A stretch of DNA of 53,477 bases, counting the filler, from Dirinaria sp. TL-2023a (taxonomy: Eukaryota): assembly GCA_051941275.1 (NCBI GenBank). It is 2 parts of 2 records of this genome, joined end to end, with 100 filler letters (N's around TTAATTAATTAA, not from the genome) between each part and the next. Parts side by side here need not be neighbours in the genome. Positions count along the whole stretch, not along the records: positions 26,797 to 53,477 come from JAVEBF010000158.1; 1 more part is not named here. One strand, given 5' to 3'. Positions 35,942 through 49,900 of this stretch are shown in pieces. The number at the start of each line of letters is the position of its first letter. Position 1 is the stretch's first letter. The position numbers and the translations under genes are program-made. Under the pieces are notes generated by a model. The model saw only the letters and a program-made list of their open reading frames with translations, searched no databases and had not been told where the DNA came from.

Positions 35942-37471
35942 TCATGACCAGCCCCTCATCTTCGCCTCTGCAGCCCTGCTATCCCGATTGGATTCGACGT
36001 TAATATCTATGGTCCTCCTGATCTCGGTCTGCGACTCCCGCTTCGGCGGTGCACGTAACTCCATGCTGTCACCTTCAATTTGGCCATAACTGCCAGCAGT
36101 AGCCAGAGTGGTGGAATAGTAGTCGCTATGCGAGTGCTTCGGTCGCCTCCTTCTGGCAGCTGCTTCCCCTTCGATATCTGAACCCGGAGTTAGCGAGTGG
36201 AGCTCACGGTATTTGGTGCGGTCGGTAGTGGCAGGGTGGGGAGTAGACAGACTGGGAGCACCGCCATTGGCCAGAGATGAGGGACTCCTTTTGAGGAGCA
36301 GGAAGATCGGACGGAGAGTAGGGATACAGGAGGCAATGATGATTGTTGCGGGTTCCACACTGAGACGAACAAGCTTGAGTCAGTAAAGTTTTTGTTTTAT
36401 TGAGTAGGTACCGCAGTAAGGCCAAGCAAGCTAAAAGAAATCAATGAGATTGACCATGTCATTATTTGGATGTTCGAGGTAGTCCCTGTTTGACACCCAT
36501 CAACTTCTGAAACGTTTACGGGCCAGGCAATCTTCGCTTACAGGTATAATCTGCATGCTCTTCGAGTTCGTGTAAAGTGGCGCATTTGTAAATGGCCACA
36601 GCACCGGCGCTAGCAAGAGCAGTCATGTCAACCACAGCTTATAGGCGTTTTATGGAGATTCAGCACACACATGACACCAATTCCCATAACGCAGCTTAAC
36701 CCTATTTTCTTCTTCATGTTGATTTTCAACTGGAATAGTACAGTTGTGGGGTATAACGCAAGATAGAAGTCGACTAATGCAGAATAGGCTGCAGTAGCTC
36801 AGTCAGTGAGTCATCTTGATTTTGTTTCCTGTAGGAGATTTTGTCCTACCGCCAGCAAAATAGGCGAAATTGACCAGAACTGAAGGGCTCCAACAAGCTG
36901 GCTTCAGCGATGGATCCCACAGCCCGGCGGCAGGCTTGCACTGCGCGTAGAAAAAGACAACGCACAGGGTTTGGAGGATGATGGAACCAATGCTGAGACA
37001 ATACATAAGAATACGCTGCCGTCTATCGATATTTAGGAGTCGCATCAGGAGAATTGCAACCGCTAGCTTTGGTAAGCCGACTGAAATGATGCCGGGGACA
37101 TAAGCGATGGTGTTGAACTTGATAGCATTTGAAAGGCTTTCGGGGGCCAGATAGTAGACATGTCGGCCACCACCAAAGGCTATAGAGACGGATTCGATGG
37201 CAGTGTAGCTGATACTAAAAAGCTATTGGATTGATATCGTCGGAAGATAAGCTATGTGGATACAAGGGTCTTGGGAAGGGAACCAGCGTCTCACCAGTGA
37301 TACAAGGATCCAAAAGTCGTCCCATCCAATGTTATGAGTCAGCGCCAGTCGTCCGATGATTCTTCCAGTCACAGCTAGGATGGCGATGGTCGTAAAAGTC
37401 CAATTGACGGCGTTGATAGTTCGACCTGCGTTCTGATCGCCCCCTGCTGGAGGCGAGGCAGATCCCACCAT
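35942..37471 (-). CDS. Second PTH11-like / fungal rhodopsin-domain membrane protein
   Basis: TGRIIGRL...IGWDDFWILVSL, GGGRHVYYL, LPKLAVAILLMRLL, QCKPAAGLWDP...CW, YSALVDFYLALYP, VEPATIIIASCIPTLRP; multiple introns. Confidence 0.88.
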
Positions 37472-39153
37472 ATCAGGAGCTAGCGAAAGGTATTCGAAAA
37501 CAAACGCTCGCTGCCTGTTCACCAAAATCAAATTCTCCGGACCAATGGCCACATGCGCAAATACACATGTTCAAACAAAAGGCCAGGGCAGCTTGTCTTA
37601 TATCTATCAGGCGTCCAGAAAAAATATAAGGCAGATGTCAACAAATCGAAGAGTTGCATACGGCAAGTTGCGTCTCGCTTTCCGCGACGGCTAGCGTTGT
37701 GAAGGTGTACTGGCAAACTCTTCGATTTGCAAGATGTTCTGTCACCTCAGCCGTATGCATCATGGGCGTGAAATAATTCCGATGTACTCTCCGCTTAGTG
37801 CATGATGCCTGAATAAAGGTCGAGATCTTGCATGCTCTTCTTGTGGGACCAGCCTACATCGACAAATCGAATTGATCATGGCACGGAGTCTACTCTGCCT
37901 GGTGCGGACATCGAATGACGAAGTTGAACGCCAAACATTGCTCCTAGCGCTAATTGTAATACTAGCACCATCGGCATAAGGCAACTAAGTACCGTAAGGT
38001 AGAAATTGCCAACAGACTTACTTATTCGAGAGATCTAGCAATCAGGTGTTGCGTCGGAAATTTCACTAGAGCATGTAAGTAGTCGTACGTGCCGTAGCTA
38101 CCCAACGGGCACGGTCCCCCGTTAGCCCATCAACGTCCATCTCATCAAGTGGCCCTTGTAAATGGGTCTTGGCGTGAGGGCGATGTATGGCGTCGACCTT
38201 CGTACGCTCGAGCATAAAGGACTGGGGTACGAGCGCCCTACCTAGTTTGTTAGACTTTCGATTGAAGATTAATGTACAGTACATAGTGCAACAGGTTGGG
38301 GGTGATTGTGGGTGAACACTGGCGCATACGCGAGGGGGATACCTTCCACTTACCTTACGTCGGGTGCTTCCATTGGACTTCCTCCTTACTTACTTTCCGG
38401 GGCCTAGTGGCGCGTCCCGAGGCCCGTTCTGCCGGCGTCTAATCCTACCTTACCTTTCACTCCCAAAGGCAGCCATGGAGCATGGCGCCACCTCTCCCAC
38501 GATCTGGGGAAAACGGCAATCTCTCCAAAGAGCCTTGAACCATTTTACCGGGGCCATCTTCAAAGTACAGACGAACGGTCGGCAGACTTCAAAGTTCGAG
38601 TATGTATGTATGAACAAGGAGTAGATCTAGATGCAGCCACAGACTGGATCATGGCTCGCCGATCACCCTACTTCGGTTGGCTGTCAAGAGTCAGGATGCA
38701 TGCAAAACGCCCACTCCGGTCGAGGTCGAAGCGGATTACACTGGCAGTACGACACCCTCATTTGACCGATCTCTCACATAGAGCGGCTCACTCCCTACTT
38801 CTCGAAGCTAGTGCCTCGCCTTGACGGGAAGCAACCTTCTCCATCCTCGTGTAACACGAGATAAGCAGCTTCTCTGAGGTAAGAGACTACAGATGTGCCG
38901 GCAACTTGATCCCACTCTCCACGCCGACGATGCGTGATTGGCGTTTCTGCCGTGCAGACGCTCGACGGGATGCAGCAGGAAGAAGAAAGCTGTCGCAAGC
39001 CGCTGACCAATTGTATCCGCTGTGCTGGATTGCCGAGCGCTTCTTGGGTTATGTGTGGATTGAGCGGTCATTGCATTTTCTGAAATTGGGTCTGCTCTGC
39101 GTATGTTTTTGCAGTTCTCTTTACATTCCTTTGCGATTCAGGCTTCTACCACG

Positions 39154-41122
39154 ATGAACTCTTCACACGAACATTCCGCTGCATCGATCAATGGCCTGAC
39201 CACCTTCCTTGCACTGTCAAGTCCTAGTGCCACGATCGCTCTGTATTTTGGCTTGGCAATTCTACCTTTGGTCATCCAGACGCTATACAATGCTTACGCA
39301 ACTCCGCTCCGTCGCGTACCTGGCCCATGGCTGGCCAAATTCACCCGTTTCTGGCTGTTCAGAGCCATCAACTCTCGAAAGTTCGAGAGCATCAATCTTG
39401 AATTGCATCGTAAATACGGCCCAGTTGTCCGCATCGCGCCCAACGAATACAGCATTGATGATCCCGAAGCTGCCAACATAATTTACCGACCCAGGGATCA
39501 GCTTGTCAAGGTCTGCAGCATATCTTGCTATTTACAGAATCCCGGGATTCAAATTTGTGGACTGACCCCGGTCTAGGCACCAAGATATTCTGCGTGGGGC
39601 CTGCCCACTGGAGAACCAAATATATTTACTGCTACAGATATCGAGCACGCGGCCAGCAGACGTCGCGAAGTAGTCGCTCTTTACTCGTTGAGTGCTTTGA
39701 GTCAAATTCAAGATAAGATTGATTTGAGCACAACGACTTTCCTTGAAAAAATGGCGTTTCTGAGTGCGAACAATGAGATTGTGGATTTATCTGAGTGGTT
39801 TCAATACTATGCCTTCGACGTCATTGGCGCTTTGACGGTCCTCTTTTCTCTCCCCAAATTCCTGCTGGATCATAAGCTGACATTCGTTCAGTTCGGTAAG
39901 CAATTCGGCTTCTTGCAAAGAGGCGCAGACATTGCGGAGATCATGAAAACGGTCCACAACTACGCACGATACGGTGGGGTGGTGGGAGTATTCAGTGAGT
40001 GGCATCCTTGGGTATTCCGTCTCTTGAACGCTATGGCGCCTGGAGGCGCTGTCGGATATGCTTATATAGCCAAATTTACATCGCAAGCCATCGCAGAATG
40101 GAATGCGAGACCTGAAGACGAGAAGTCTGTAAATGCACAAAGAAGCGAAAGTGGAACTGTTCTGCATTCCGATTACCTTAGTACGTGGCTTGCAAAACAT
40201 AATGAACATCCGGAAGAGTTCACCATCAGCGACATCTATTATCATGCGTTCCCTCACGTTGCGGCTGGTGCAGAAACAACGGCAATATCTTTGGTTGCCA
40301 GCATATACTTCCTGCTGAGACACCCTAAGGTATTTACCAGACTACGCCAAGAGCTGGACCAACAGTGGAGTGATACGCCCAGCGAAAGAATATCGATGAA
40401 GGAGGTACAAGACTTACCATACCTCCAAGCCGTGATTAAAGAAGTATTGAGGATATTTCCTCCGACTGGCTTGCCCCTACCTCGCATTGTGCCCAAAGGA
40501 GGTCTTGCTCTTGCAGGACATTTCTTCCCAGCAGGAGTACGTATCTCTTAGCCTCGTGGCGAATGGGAATATGCAAAAGCATTCCTCTACGTCTACACTT
40601 TTCTTCGTTGGAACGGATACGAGATTATCGGTTCTAATTGCACCACATTCACAGAGTATCGTCGGCATTAACAGTTGGGTTGCCAACTTCAACGGCTCGG
40701 TCTTCGGTCCCGATCCGGACTCGTTCCGCCCCGAACGCTGGCTTGAGGATGAAGCCTCCAGCTTCCGCATGGATCAATACTTCTTCACGGTGAGCTTCTG
40801 CCTTTTTCCCGGAATCTGAAACCACCGTACAAACACCTTGTCACCTCTTCACCCTGTCCATAATAAAGCAGATGCGGCACACAAGAACATTGTACTGATA
40901 CTTGTCTCGAATCAAAAGTATGGACGTGGCCCCCGTATCTGCGGGGGTAAGACTATCCCTGCTCTAGAACTCAGCAAAGCGATACCTGAATTGTTGTTGC
41001 GGTACGATATCGAATTCGCAGATCCGAAGAAGGACTGGACGGTTCACAATGACTGGTTCGTGCGGCAAACTGATTTTCGTGTCCGCTTGAAGTTAAGGAG
41101 AGACACTCAAAGCCAGCTTTGA
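39154..41122 (+). CDS. Cytochrome P450 monooxygenase
   Basis: TM anchor, PLRRVPGPWLA, LHRKYGPVVRIAPNE, YYAFDVIG, I-helix AGAETT, ExxR (KEVLR), FRPERW, heme loop YGRGPRICGG; about four introns. Confidence 0.94.
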
Positions 41123-43146
41123 TATTGGCGAACAAAACTTGAGGGATAAGACCCACTTTTTTGGGATTCTACTGTGTTTAGTTGCTACCAGAGGGATGTA
41201 TCTGCTTTTAACCGCGAGCAAACTGTAGGGCTGTATCAAATGACATTGAAAGAAACAATATCGATAATGTAAGTGGAACTTGAATACTGTACGTAGCAGC
41301 TTTACAAACATCACCCACAGCATGCACTTACATTAGAGGAGACCAGCCAAAAAATTCGACAATCTCCAAGAGACAGCAATGGAAGTCCCCTAAGGATGCT
41401 GATCATCACCACAAAAAGCAGACCTTGTGTTCATGTCGTTTGTAAGATAAGACCAGTTCAACCGGAGGATTGTATCAAGTTGATCGTCGGAAGGCTCTGG
41501 ATTACCTTATTTGAAAGGGGTCATGAATCCAATGCGGAGTCCATGAAACTCGCGACACACCAAGCAATGAAAAGCTTCGATCCACATATGAAATAGAACC
41601 CAACCGCAGCATAAGACCCATTGACCTCTTTTGGTCATTCAATCGTGAACATGGCCTTGATCAGTGCAAACTTTAATGATTAGCTTTACGAGACGCGTGG
41701 GATCGATATCGTGGGGTAGCCTTGTTTTAGGAGGTTGGATCCCGATGGAGGTTGGAAGCCGGGGGGGGAGCTGCGCGCCGGAAGGACGTTTCTCGCACGG
41801 CCCACGATCCGGCTTATTGGAATGAAGGAAGGTCAGTGGAGCTAAAATTTCGTGGCAGCTGCAGTGTGATATCTCTGATCAGATCTTGTGGGGGTGCCAG
41901 CATGTCTGCTTTTAGCCACATCAAAACGAGGCGGGCACGGAGTGGAAGAATCGCTTGCGCTTTCCGACTACGGCGCTGCGAATGTTAACAGAATGGGCCG
42001 TTTGTGAAGTTGCCTTGCTCTGCGAGAGTAGCAGTGATGATGCATTGTCAGTGCGTCCTATGTTCTGCTGTAACATGATCTAGCCGTTCAACGATTTACA
42101 CACCACCTTAGTGCTACCGCTTGGAGATCGCCGGTGCAACCACCCAACAAGATCGCCTACCTTACCTAGAAGAACCCTGATCTCACTAGCTACAGTAGGA
42201 AGGGCTCACCTGGTTTCACCCAAAGCCCGCTACCAATCAACCAGTCATGCGACTGGAAACCGCAGCTGCGACCGACGAAGGACCCCTGTCGGCAAACTCT
42301 GCAGCTTGCACACACCTTTTTCCACCCATTAATTCGACCAGTACAGATATTCCTGAATTGAATATTCCATCTCTTTGCATAGATTGAAGTAGATTGGTAC
42401 TACAGTTCTTCATGGCAACACCGTACGGCGTTAAACATAGACTGCTATCTCCGTAAAATAGAGCGACTGCTGCAGGTGGGTGTCCTACCTGAGATTCACA
42501 GTACGACGCTACCTCGCGTACAGTATATGTGGAAGTTGGTATTCTCTTCCATTTGGACCTTGAGATACTGTAGCTACAAAGCCTTAACGACAGATGATAA
42601 CGTCTTTTCTTTTCTTTAGAAGAGGTTATAATAATTGACCCTCTATCAGCCTCTGCTGTAGGCCTGACTTTTTCTTACAAGCTCGGCCGGGGCCCATGGT
42701 TGCATACTGCTTCTATCAGCGGCAGATACTCTCCGTGGAACGATGAGGCTTTCGCTCTGTCCTTAAGAAAAGCTCTTGAAGTGGAATACTTAGACTCTCC
42801 GCTCTTGGCCCTGTTGATGCAACAAAGCCCTGTGGGACGTCGAGCAATGTCCCCACGGAGTACTCGTACGAAGGTGCGTAATATAGCTCTCATTGGGTGG
42901 TCCTTGCAAAAGTAGTTCTATAAATTCATTGCGAATATCTCAGATTGCGTGCTTAGACCATTTCAAAGATGTCCGCGTGTTCCAGAGCATGCCTTCTACA
43001 CAAAACATTTGGCGTCTCCTATATTACAGATTTAGCGTTGTTAAGGCCCCGCTTCCTTACTATGGTATTGCCGGGGACCCAGAGAACGCTGACCAATTGG
43101 TCTGTGATACGATGAGTCTTATACTTCCTATGACTGCTCACTGCCC

Positions 43147-43758
43147 TCATGGTACAATGTAACCCTTGATTGCCACAGTCTTCCGGTCTTTGCTTGGAGT
43201 TACAGAAGCGATGATGAACTCATCCATCAGTGGTGCCTCTTTCCCACCAACCTCGAGAATCTGGAAATAAATGAAGATCAGCCGGGTTTTGTCCTAATAT
43301 ATGACTTCTTGCCAGCTTGCAAATGCGGCGCAAAGAGCTACTCACAATCCTGGTGTTTTGGTGGGCCAGGCTGCCAACTCCAGCCTCTTGAACTAGGAAG
43401 GACGAGTTGTCTGAAGTAGTCCCATACAGAATGATTTGCGGAACAGAAACAGTACCATTCTCGAAGACTTGAGGATATGCGACACCGCCCTCAATGGTGG
43501 CATTGATAACGCCAGAAAGTGTTCCTCCAATGATCGGTTCGACTATCATGTTTTAGTCTTGCAAGAACTGTAGCGATGTGCGGAAAACTCACTGTTCCGG
43601 GACCCTCCGGGCACGGTGATACTTCGAAGAGGCTTACCCAAACGAATGGTACCAATAACCGCAAGCTCGAGACCAAGAGGACATTCGGCGCAAGATCCCA
43701 GGGCCGGGACCGCCAAAGCAAGCAAAAGACCTCGGATTAAGACTTGGAAGAGCTGCAT
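43147..43758 (-). CDS. Small secreted protein, DUF3237/UPF0311-like
   Basis: Signal peptide MQLFQVLIRGLLLALAVPALG; three exons: ...ITVPGGSRN | EPIIGGTLSGVINATIEGGVAYP...LYGTTSDNSSFLVQEAGVG...QNTRI | ILEVGG...IKGYIVP*. Family assigned from pattern only. Confidence 0.72.
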
Positions 43759-45364
43759 CGTTGTGTGCTCTGATCAACGTGGGAGCGTCCAATGCTAGAA
43801 AGTCTTCAATGGTTTCTGAAATTCTGGAGCAAGTTCTCGAGAAGCGGTTTGTGCGAGCTGATACCAGAAAAGAAAGGGTACCCGTTTACTTATAAGATAC
43901 GTAAAAATGGACGCCGCACCGACAATGTCAGCATATCCCCTAGAAGCAAGCTACATGTAGCTCGTTATTTCCAAGGGCCTAAGATTGTGGAGACCGACAC
44001 ATATTGCTACTTGGATATGAGCGGCTCAGATGCTTGAAGCTAGGCTACTTTAGGATGCAACCTGCGAAGCTATACGTGCCAAGACTCACGATAGTTACGC
44101 TATTTTAAACCTACGAGCGGCGATTGAGCCTCTCATCCAAGTCTTCCTCAATGCGAGCTTAGTACGAACATTGCCGGTCCAGTGCGGTATTTATTTCACT
44201 CTAATCCTGGCGCGCAATCAAGTTAGACGTCACCAAGAATGGTCATAATCGGCGACTGCGAGGCTGATCCAGAAAAGCCAAAGTTAAACCGAGCACACAG
44301 ACCTTTAAGCACAGTAGCATAATTTACTTGTGTGCAGTTGCCACTATGATCCATTGTTATCCGCTTACATGCATAATACTACCAGCGGGCGCATCAGAGA
44401 AAATGCGTTGGTGATAAGTGAGCAATTCAAACCCTCGCTGTTTCGAGCTACTATCAATCGTCATTTTCTTTGTTCTGATAGAGATTCGGTAGGAATTTCC
44501 GGTGTCTGCTACATCTGACCCTTCGAAGGCTTCAGTGCTACTAGCTGGAGAGATCAATGATCGGCTTGACTGCATCAAACGAGCGCTTCGGCTGCTGTGC
44601 GGCTCAATGGCTTGGGTCTGGTTGCTAGTTCGTCCTCATATTAAAGAGAGCCGTCTTTCTGCCTACGATGAATCTTGTCCTGAGTCATGTCCCGGAAACG
44701 CTTGGAAGGGTAATTACACTTCTATGGCTTGTTAATCTTCTTTGCGGAATCTCAATTTGCCCGCTAAAGCGTCTCCGTAAATACGGACCACTCGCCCCAA
44801 TCGAGATGAAATATGCTTACTGTAGGTGGCAGTGGCAGCTTCTTCTCGGTTCCTTTTGATCCAAATACAAGTGACTTGATCAAGATGTATATTGTTATTC
44901 GCCGCATTGCTTTGGGTGCATGTCGCAGCATAGCATTAAGGTACGTACCAAACAATGATTACTAGAGTGGCGATTGCATGTTCTATAATATCCTCCGCCA
45001 ACCCCAACAATGATTGCCATAGGTTTCCGCGGGCATGGCTGACCCTCTATCCCCTGGCATTCCTACCAATTACCCAAGACGATGTCTAGAGAAGGTAAAA
45101 CCGAAGTAGACCCCGCAGAGTGGTCACGATTATCCGCGGCCTTGAGAATGTGGTTCTGTGGCTTGGTGGCACTCGACCGCTGAGACCCGTTGCGCCAAAC
45201 TCCGGTTCATTGGAAGACGGAAATAGTGAAGATATCTTTATATCTAGTCGGTCCCTCTCAGAGGAAAACAAATACTGTATTCTGTGGGAATATCTCCCAA
45301 AGCTCAATCACCTCTCTCAAAATCCACCAATCTATCGCTCCTATCGCACCTTTGTATTACAACA

Positions 45365-45850
45365 ATGCGTTTCCTCGCCGTCGCCCCCTTTCTGGGCCTC
45401 ATACCCAGCATGCTTGCCACCCCGTCTCCCGCAAGCTACAGCCCCTCGAGCTCGCTTCCAGCTGGCCCCTACTGCCCTCCCCATCACGTCAATCCCAGCG
45501 AGCAAGAGGCCATCTTCTTCGACTTCATCGACAAGCTCTACGTACAGCAGAACGCCACGGACGCCTATCTCACCTACGTGTCGCCCGACTACATCAATCA
45601 CAGCCCATACGCGCCTCAAGGCCGCGCCGCCGCGATCAGCTTCCTGTCCTTCCTCATCCCTTCCCTCAACCGCACCATCCTGCACGAGACATTCGACAAT
45701 GATGTGGGCTTGGTCCATCTCAAAGTGGATAGCAAGCCGCTGCTGGCCCTCGTGGATCTGTTCCGCTTGAATGGAAGCTGTGTTGTCGAGCATTGGGATG
45801 TGAACCAGGCGCTGCCTGCTAATGCGACGAATCCTATTGCTCTGTTTTGA
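45365..45850 (+). CDS. Secreted SnoaL-like (NTF2-fold) protein
   Basis: Signal peptide; YVSPDYINHSP...GRAAA...VHLK...VDLFRLNGSCVVEHWDV; strong C-ending codon bias. Confidence 0.88.
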   Translation: MRFLAVAPFLGLIPSMLATPSPASYSPSSSLPAGPYCPPHHVNPSEQEAIFFDFIDKLYVQQNATDAYLTYVSPDYINHSPYAPQGRAAAISFLSFLIPSLNRTILHETFDNDVGLVHLKVDSKPLLALVDLFRLNGSCVVEHWDVNQALPANATNPIALF

Positions 45851-47440
45851 ACGTCAGCTGGAGAGCGGTTCAAGAGCATCTGCTACTTCGAGCGTCCACA
45901 AAAAAAAGCGTAGGATAGTCTTGCATTAGGATTCCTACTTCACGCTACAACCCAGCGATCTACGCTCGCCTCGTTCGTACTGCTTGGCTTTACACTTTGG
46001 GCCGCGCAACAGAACAAGATATATAGCAATAAGCAATCTTAATCTTCCCGTAACCCCTCCATGTTCTCCACCGCATGTGACTCGCTCTCGTTGTAAAAAT
46101 CACTCCCTAAACTTCTCTGCATTCCTGTCCCTAAAACCCCCTATGCTGCTCCAGCCGTGCGCTCCTTCCTTTTTTTTTCTCATGTTAATTCCCATAGTTC
46201 CAAATGTTTCGAGGAGTCAAAGACACTTAAGAAAACTTAAGAATGAGACCCAAAGACGCCCGTTCTGAAAATGATGCTAGTAGAAAAGTACACAACTAAT
46301 GAAGTCACATCCCGTACTTATCTCTGCGACTTCAGAAGGGAACGGCTACTCCTACCTTCTCCTGACTATTTCCGTTCTTCTTTCCTCCTGCCATACCTAC
46401 TCGTATCCCATAACCTTCGACATACCTTAATTCGGTTTCATCGGAACTCCATCCACTCATCCGCGGTTTCATATCATTCTTTACTTGAATTAGACAACCT
46501 GAGCCTTCTTCCTTGGAGCCTCTCCCCTGCCCTGAATCTTTTTTTTATTTTTGGAAGGGCTTAACGCACGCATTTGTAGCTCCATAAACTCAAGTTAGAT
46601 TGCTCCTACAAGTTCTTTTCATCACTACAATAGAACGGAACCTTCTTTTTTGGCTCGTCTCTACGCGAAAAACCTATTATTATGAAAGTAGGCATGTGGA
46701 ATTTCCATCTGGCGGAAAACAGGTGCCAAGATTTGGTTGACAAGACTGCATGCCAAGATGGGCTGAATTAGGCAGGGAGGTTCGGATAAGGTACCTTAGG
46801 TACCTTAGGCTTTGTCAGATCCACTACATACCTTACCTTAGCTTCGGGCAATCGCATGGAACGTTTCCAGCATGAAGACGTTGGGCTTCGTTCCGGATCG
46901 TGTTTGCCTCGTGGCAAACTTGCTTAAGCCAGATATATATGTTTGCTTCTCGGTACTACTGTATGTCCATTGCTCTGCGCAGCTGTGGCAGTTTCACTCC
47001 TCGATGGGCTTTCAGCCATATGTTCTCTAACGAGAGATGACATATAATGCATTGTTCTCTGCAGTTTCTCTCGCCTTCTCAGGCTTCGCCTCAAGTCCAA
47101 CGATATCTTCATTCGATGTCGCATTCGGTATCGTGTTTCGAAGGCATTCTTTTTACCTCCCCATCTCCCTACTATAGGTAGCGTCTTCATGGGTGGGGGG
47201 AGTGATTGCTGCTGGACCTAGCAAATTTTTGCGAATCTCTGCTTGTGTGGTGAGTAGTTGCCTCTGGTGGCTCACTCGTTGCTTCTGGTCGGTGTCATGC
47301 TTATTTTTCGGAAATTGTGAAGATTTCACAAAGCGCCAAGAACCATATGTTTAGGAATCTTATGCATGTAAGATCTTACCTGACAGCTCTATTCTAGGAT
47401 CGTAATCTGCACCGCAGTGCTTTCTCAGGTAGGTAGAGGT

Positions 47441-48796
47441 TTATCTCTGGTTCTCAAACTCCAGACCGCTCATTTGTCGCAGTGCGCCGTAGATCCCCGA
47501 CACATCTCCCTTTGCACCGGCATGGTCTTTCACCAAATCCATGTGCTTACGTGCAGCCTGATAAGCCGGTATGGTGACACCGGAAGCTGAGGCCAAGCCT
47601 GAAACTTCTTCAGCTAGGTGCCTTGCCATGTCGATGGCAACAACCGGCTGGTCTCGTCAGCTTCACGACGGAGTAACGCTTGAGTCGCTCAGACAGACCT
47701 CATCTCTACTATAATAATCGCCACTGATCATCCGCCTCGAGTATAGCGCATGCGGCCCCGGGAAAATGGCTTCGATGAATTTGTGCAAGTTCTCCACCCC
47801 GAGTCCGGCCTTTTCTGCAAGGATTAGCCCTTCTCCGACTGTCTCAATCATGTTGACGATGAAGACGTTTCCGATGACCTTCAGCAGCGATGCTTTACTA
47901 TGTGGTTGATCGCTGAAGTCAATGACCCCTCGACCGATTCTATGAGAAATTTGTCAGCCTTAGCTGACCCACCCCAAAGAACCACAAAACTCACACTCCG
48001 GTGCAGTAAGGTAAGACCTTGGCGACCAAATCTGCTCGACCAGCAGGAATGCAAGTCAGCATTCCTCTTTCCGCCATGCTTGGTTCTCCGAAAACTATTA
48101 CATCCCATAGTCAGTCATCGTACGCTCCCGTGTCTCCTTCGCTATTCCAAATACTATCATTGGCATCTTGATCAAAGGTCAATCTGCAGGTTGCCGCTCA
48201 ACCTTTGAGCAGTTGGAAGGGGAAAAAATGAGAAGCTAACTATGACCCACTGACCGACCTCTAAGGACTAAACGAGTGCGACACGAAGGATACAGGAGGT
48301 CTGTGGACGGGTGCTAGATTGACTGGCCATTGCACGAAACATTGATCTGGTAACGCTGGACCTACCAGGCATGGTGACAAGCCCTGCGCCCCGAGACTCC
48401 ACCATACTGGCCAATTTATCACTCGTCTCTGGTTGGGTGGTTGAGCAGCTGACGAAGAGTTTCCCCTTGACCTCGTGCTTCAGTATCTCTGTAAAGGTCT
48501 CGAAGACAGCGCTGTCATCGGTCAGGCAGGAGAAGATGATGTCGGCATCTGCAACGGCGTCGACGACCGAGTAACACACAACACAGTTGCCTAAACGGTT
48601 GGACAGTTCGCTCGCCCGACTAACTGTGCGGTTGTACAGTATCAACGGCGAGGAAAGGTTCCCTTTTCGCACCAGGTTCCCACACATGGCCTAGTACACC
48701 ACTATTAGTCAGGACATGGATTCAACAATGCGCGCACTTGATTGGAAGCACCTGGCCCATATTGCCCAGCCCCAGATAAGCAAGGCCTGGTGCCAT
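47441..48796 (-). CDS. NAD(P)-dependent beta-hydroxyacid dehydrogenase (6PGD/3-hydroxyisobutyrate DH family)
   Basis: YLGLGNMGQ|AMCGNL (Rossmann GxGxxG), YNRT, DIIFSCL, CSTTQP, MP|VFGEP, LK|VIGNVF, E-G-x-x-LAEKAGLG, GALRQMSGLEFEN; several introns. Confidence 0.9.
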
Positions 48797-49900
48797 TTCC
48801 TACTAGATGCTCCCGAACCTTAGCTGTCAGACTCAGATCCGGCTATTGCCAAGCACCAATCAACTTGCTTGCTCTGATCAGCGATGTCAACCTTTGAGAA
48901 AGTGCTTTGCTGCACCATAAAATCGAAGATTTTTGGCCAAAGAAACCTGCTGTAGATGCTGCGAAAACACTTCCATTTAGCTTTACGGACAAGGCAGCAA
49001 CTGAAGTATATTCACACACACGTCTCTGTTCAAAGGATTCATTGACGCTGTGTTGAATGCAAAACCTCCCAAGGCCTACCAGCCCATATCACGTGATTCT
49101 TTCTGTGAGTCAGCATTGTGCGTAGACCGCTCGTTTGCTTGCACAAAAGCGGCCCACTTTCTGATAAGCGCTAGTCCAGATTGAACTCTCTACCCTATAG
49201 GAACATTGTTAAGGCATCTAACTAACTAGGTACTCTAGTTTATCGTAAATATCATAAGAGATACTACATACTACGCTGATATCTGCCGGCTTAGATCAGA
49301 TGCAGTGAAATGTTGTAGTATCTGACACTGCTGAAGTGGGTTCACTGTCTATTGATTTCAAGCCAGTGAAGTGGGAGCAGCTGAGAGACTCACTATTCAA
49401 GACAACACTTGACTGGTCAGAGACCATACTCTGGGTTTTCATTGTTAAGATCCTACGTTCTTTCGAATATCCACACCTGCAGGAGAGGCCGAGACTCTCA
49501 GTCAGACAGTCTTCATTCTGTGCGAAGCTGACACAGATGAATATCACTGCTGTAAGTCTAGGAGCTGACGCGTATCTGAACGTTCGAGAAAGTTGATAAA
49601 CTCTGTCAACAGCTGCACAGACTCTACACTCTTATCTTCTTCGTCATTGTTTTCCCAGGATAAAGCTGGCCCATTTAGCAATTTCGTTACTGCCAACTTC
49701 TCAACACTTGACGCCTTCTCTCGATATCTCCAGAATTGGCCTTTAAGTCGCAAAAATGAAGCTGGTAGAAGAAAAGTACGTATTTTGATTTCTTTACATG
49801 GAGTCGAAGACACTTTCCACTAGATACCCCTTGTTTCCTGCAGATCCTCCGATAACTTTGTGAAAATGCAATATACGCGCACACTTCAAGGACAGCAAAG

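Noticed and set aside
41390..43140. Scattered 60-90 aa ORFs between the P450 and the DUF3237-like gene
   Set aside because: No recognisable domains; may be relics but unsupported.
45120..45879. Several long overlapping ORFs over the SnoaL-like gene
   Set aside because: Expected from GC-rich codon bias; only one frame has a signal peptide and family motifs.
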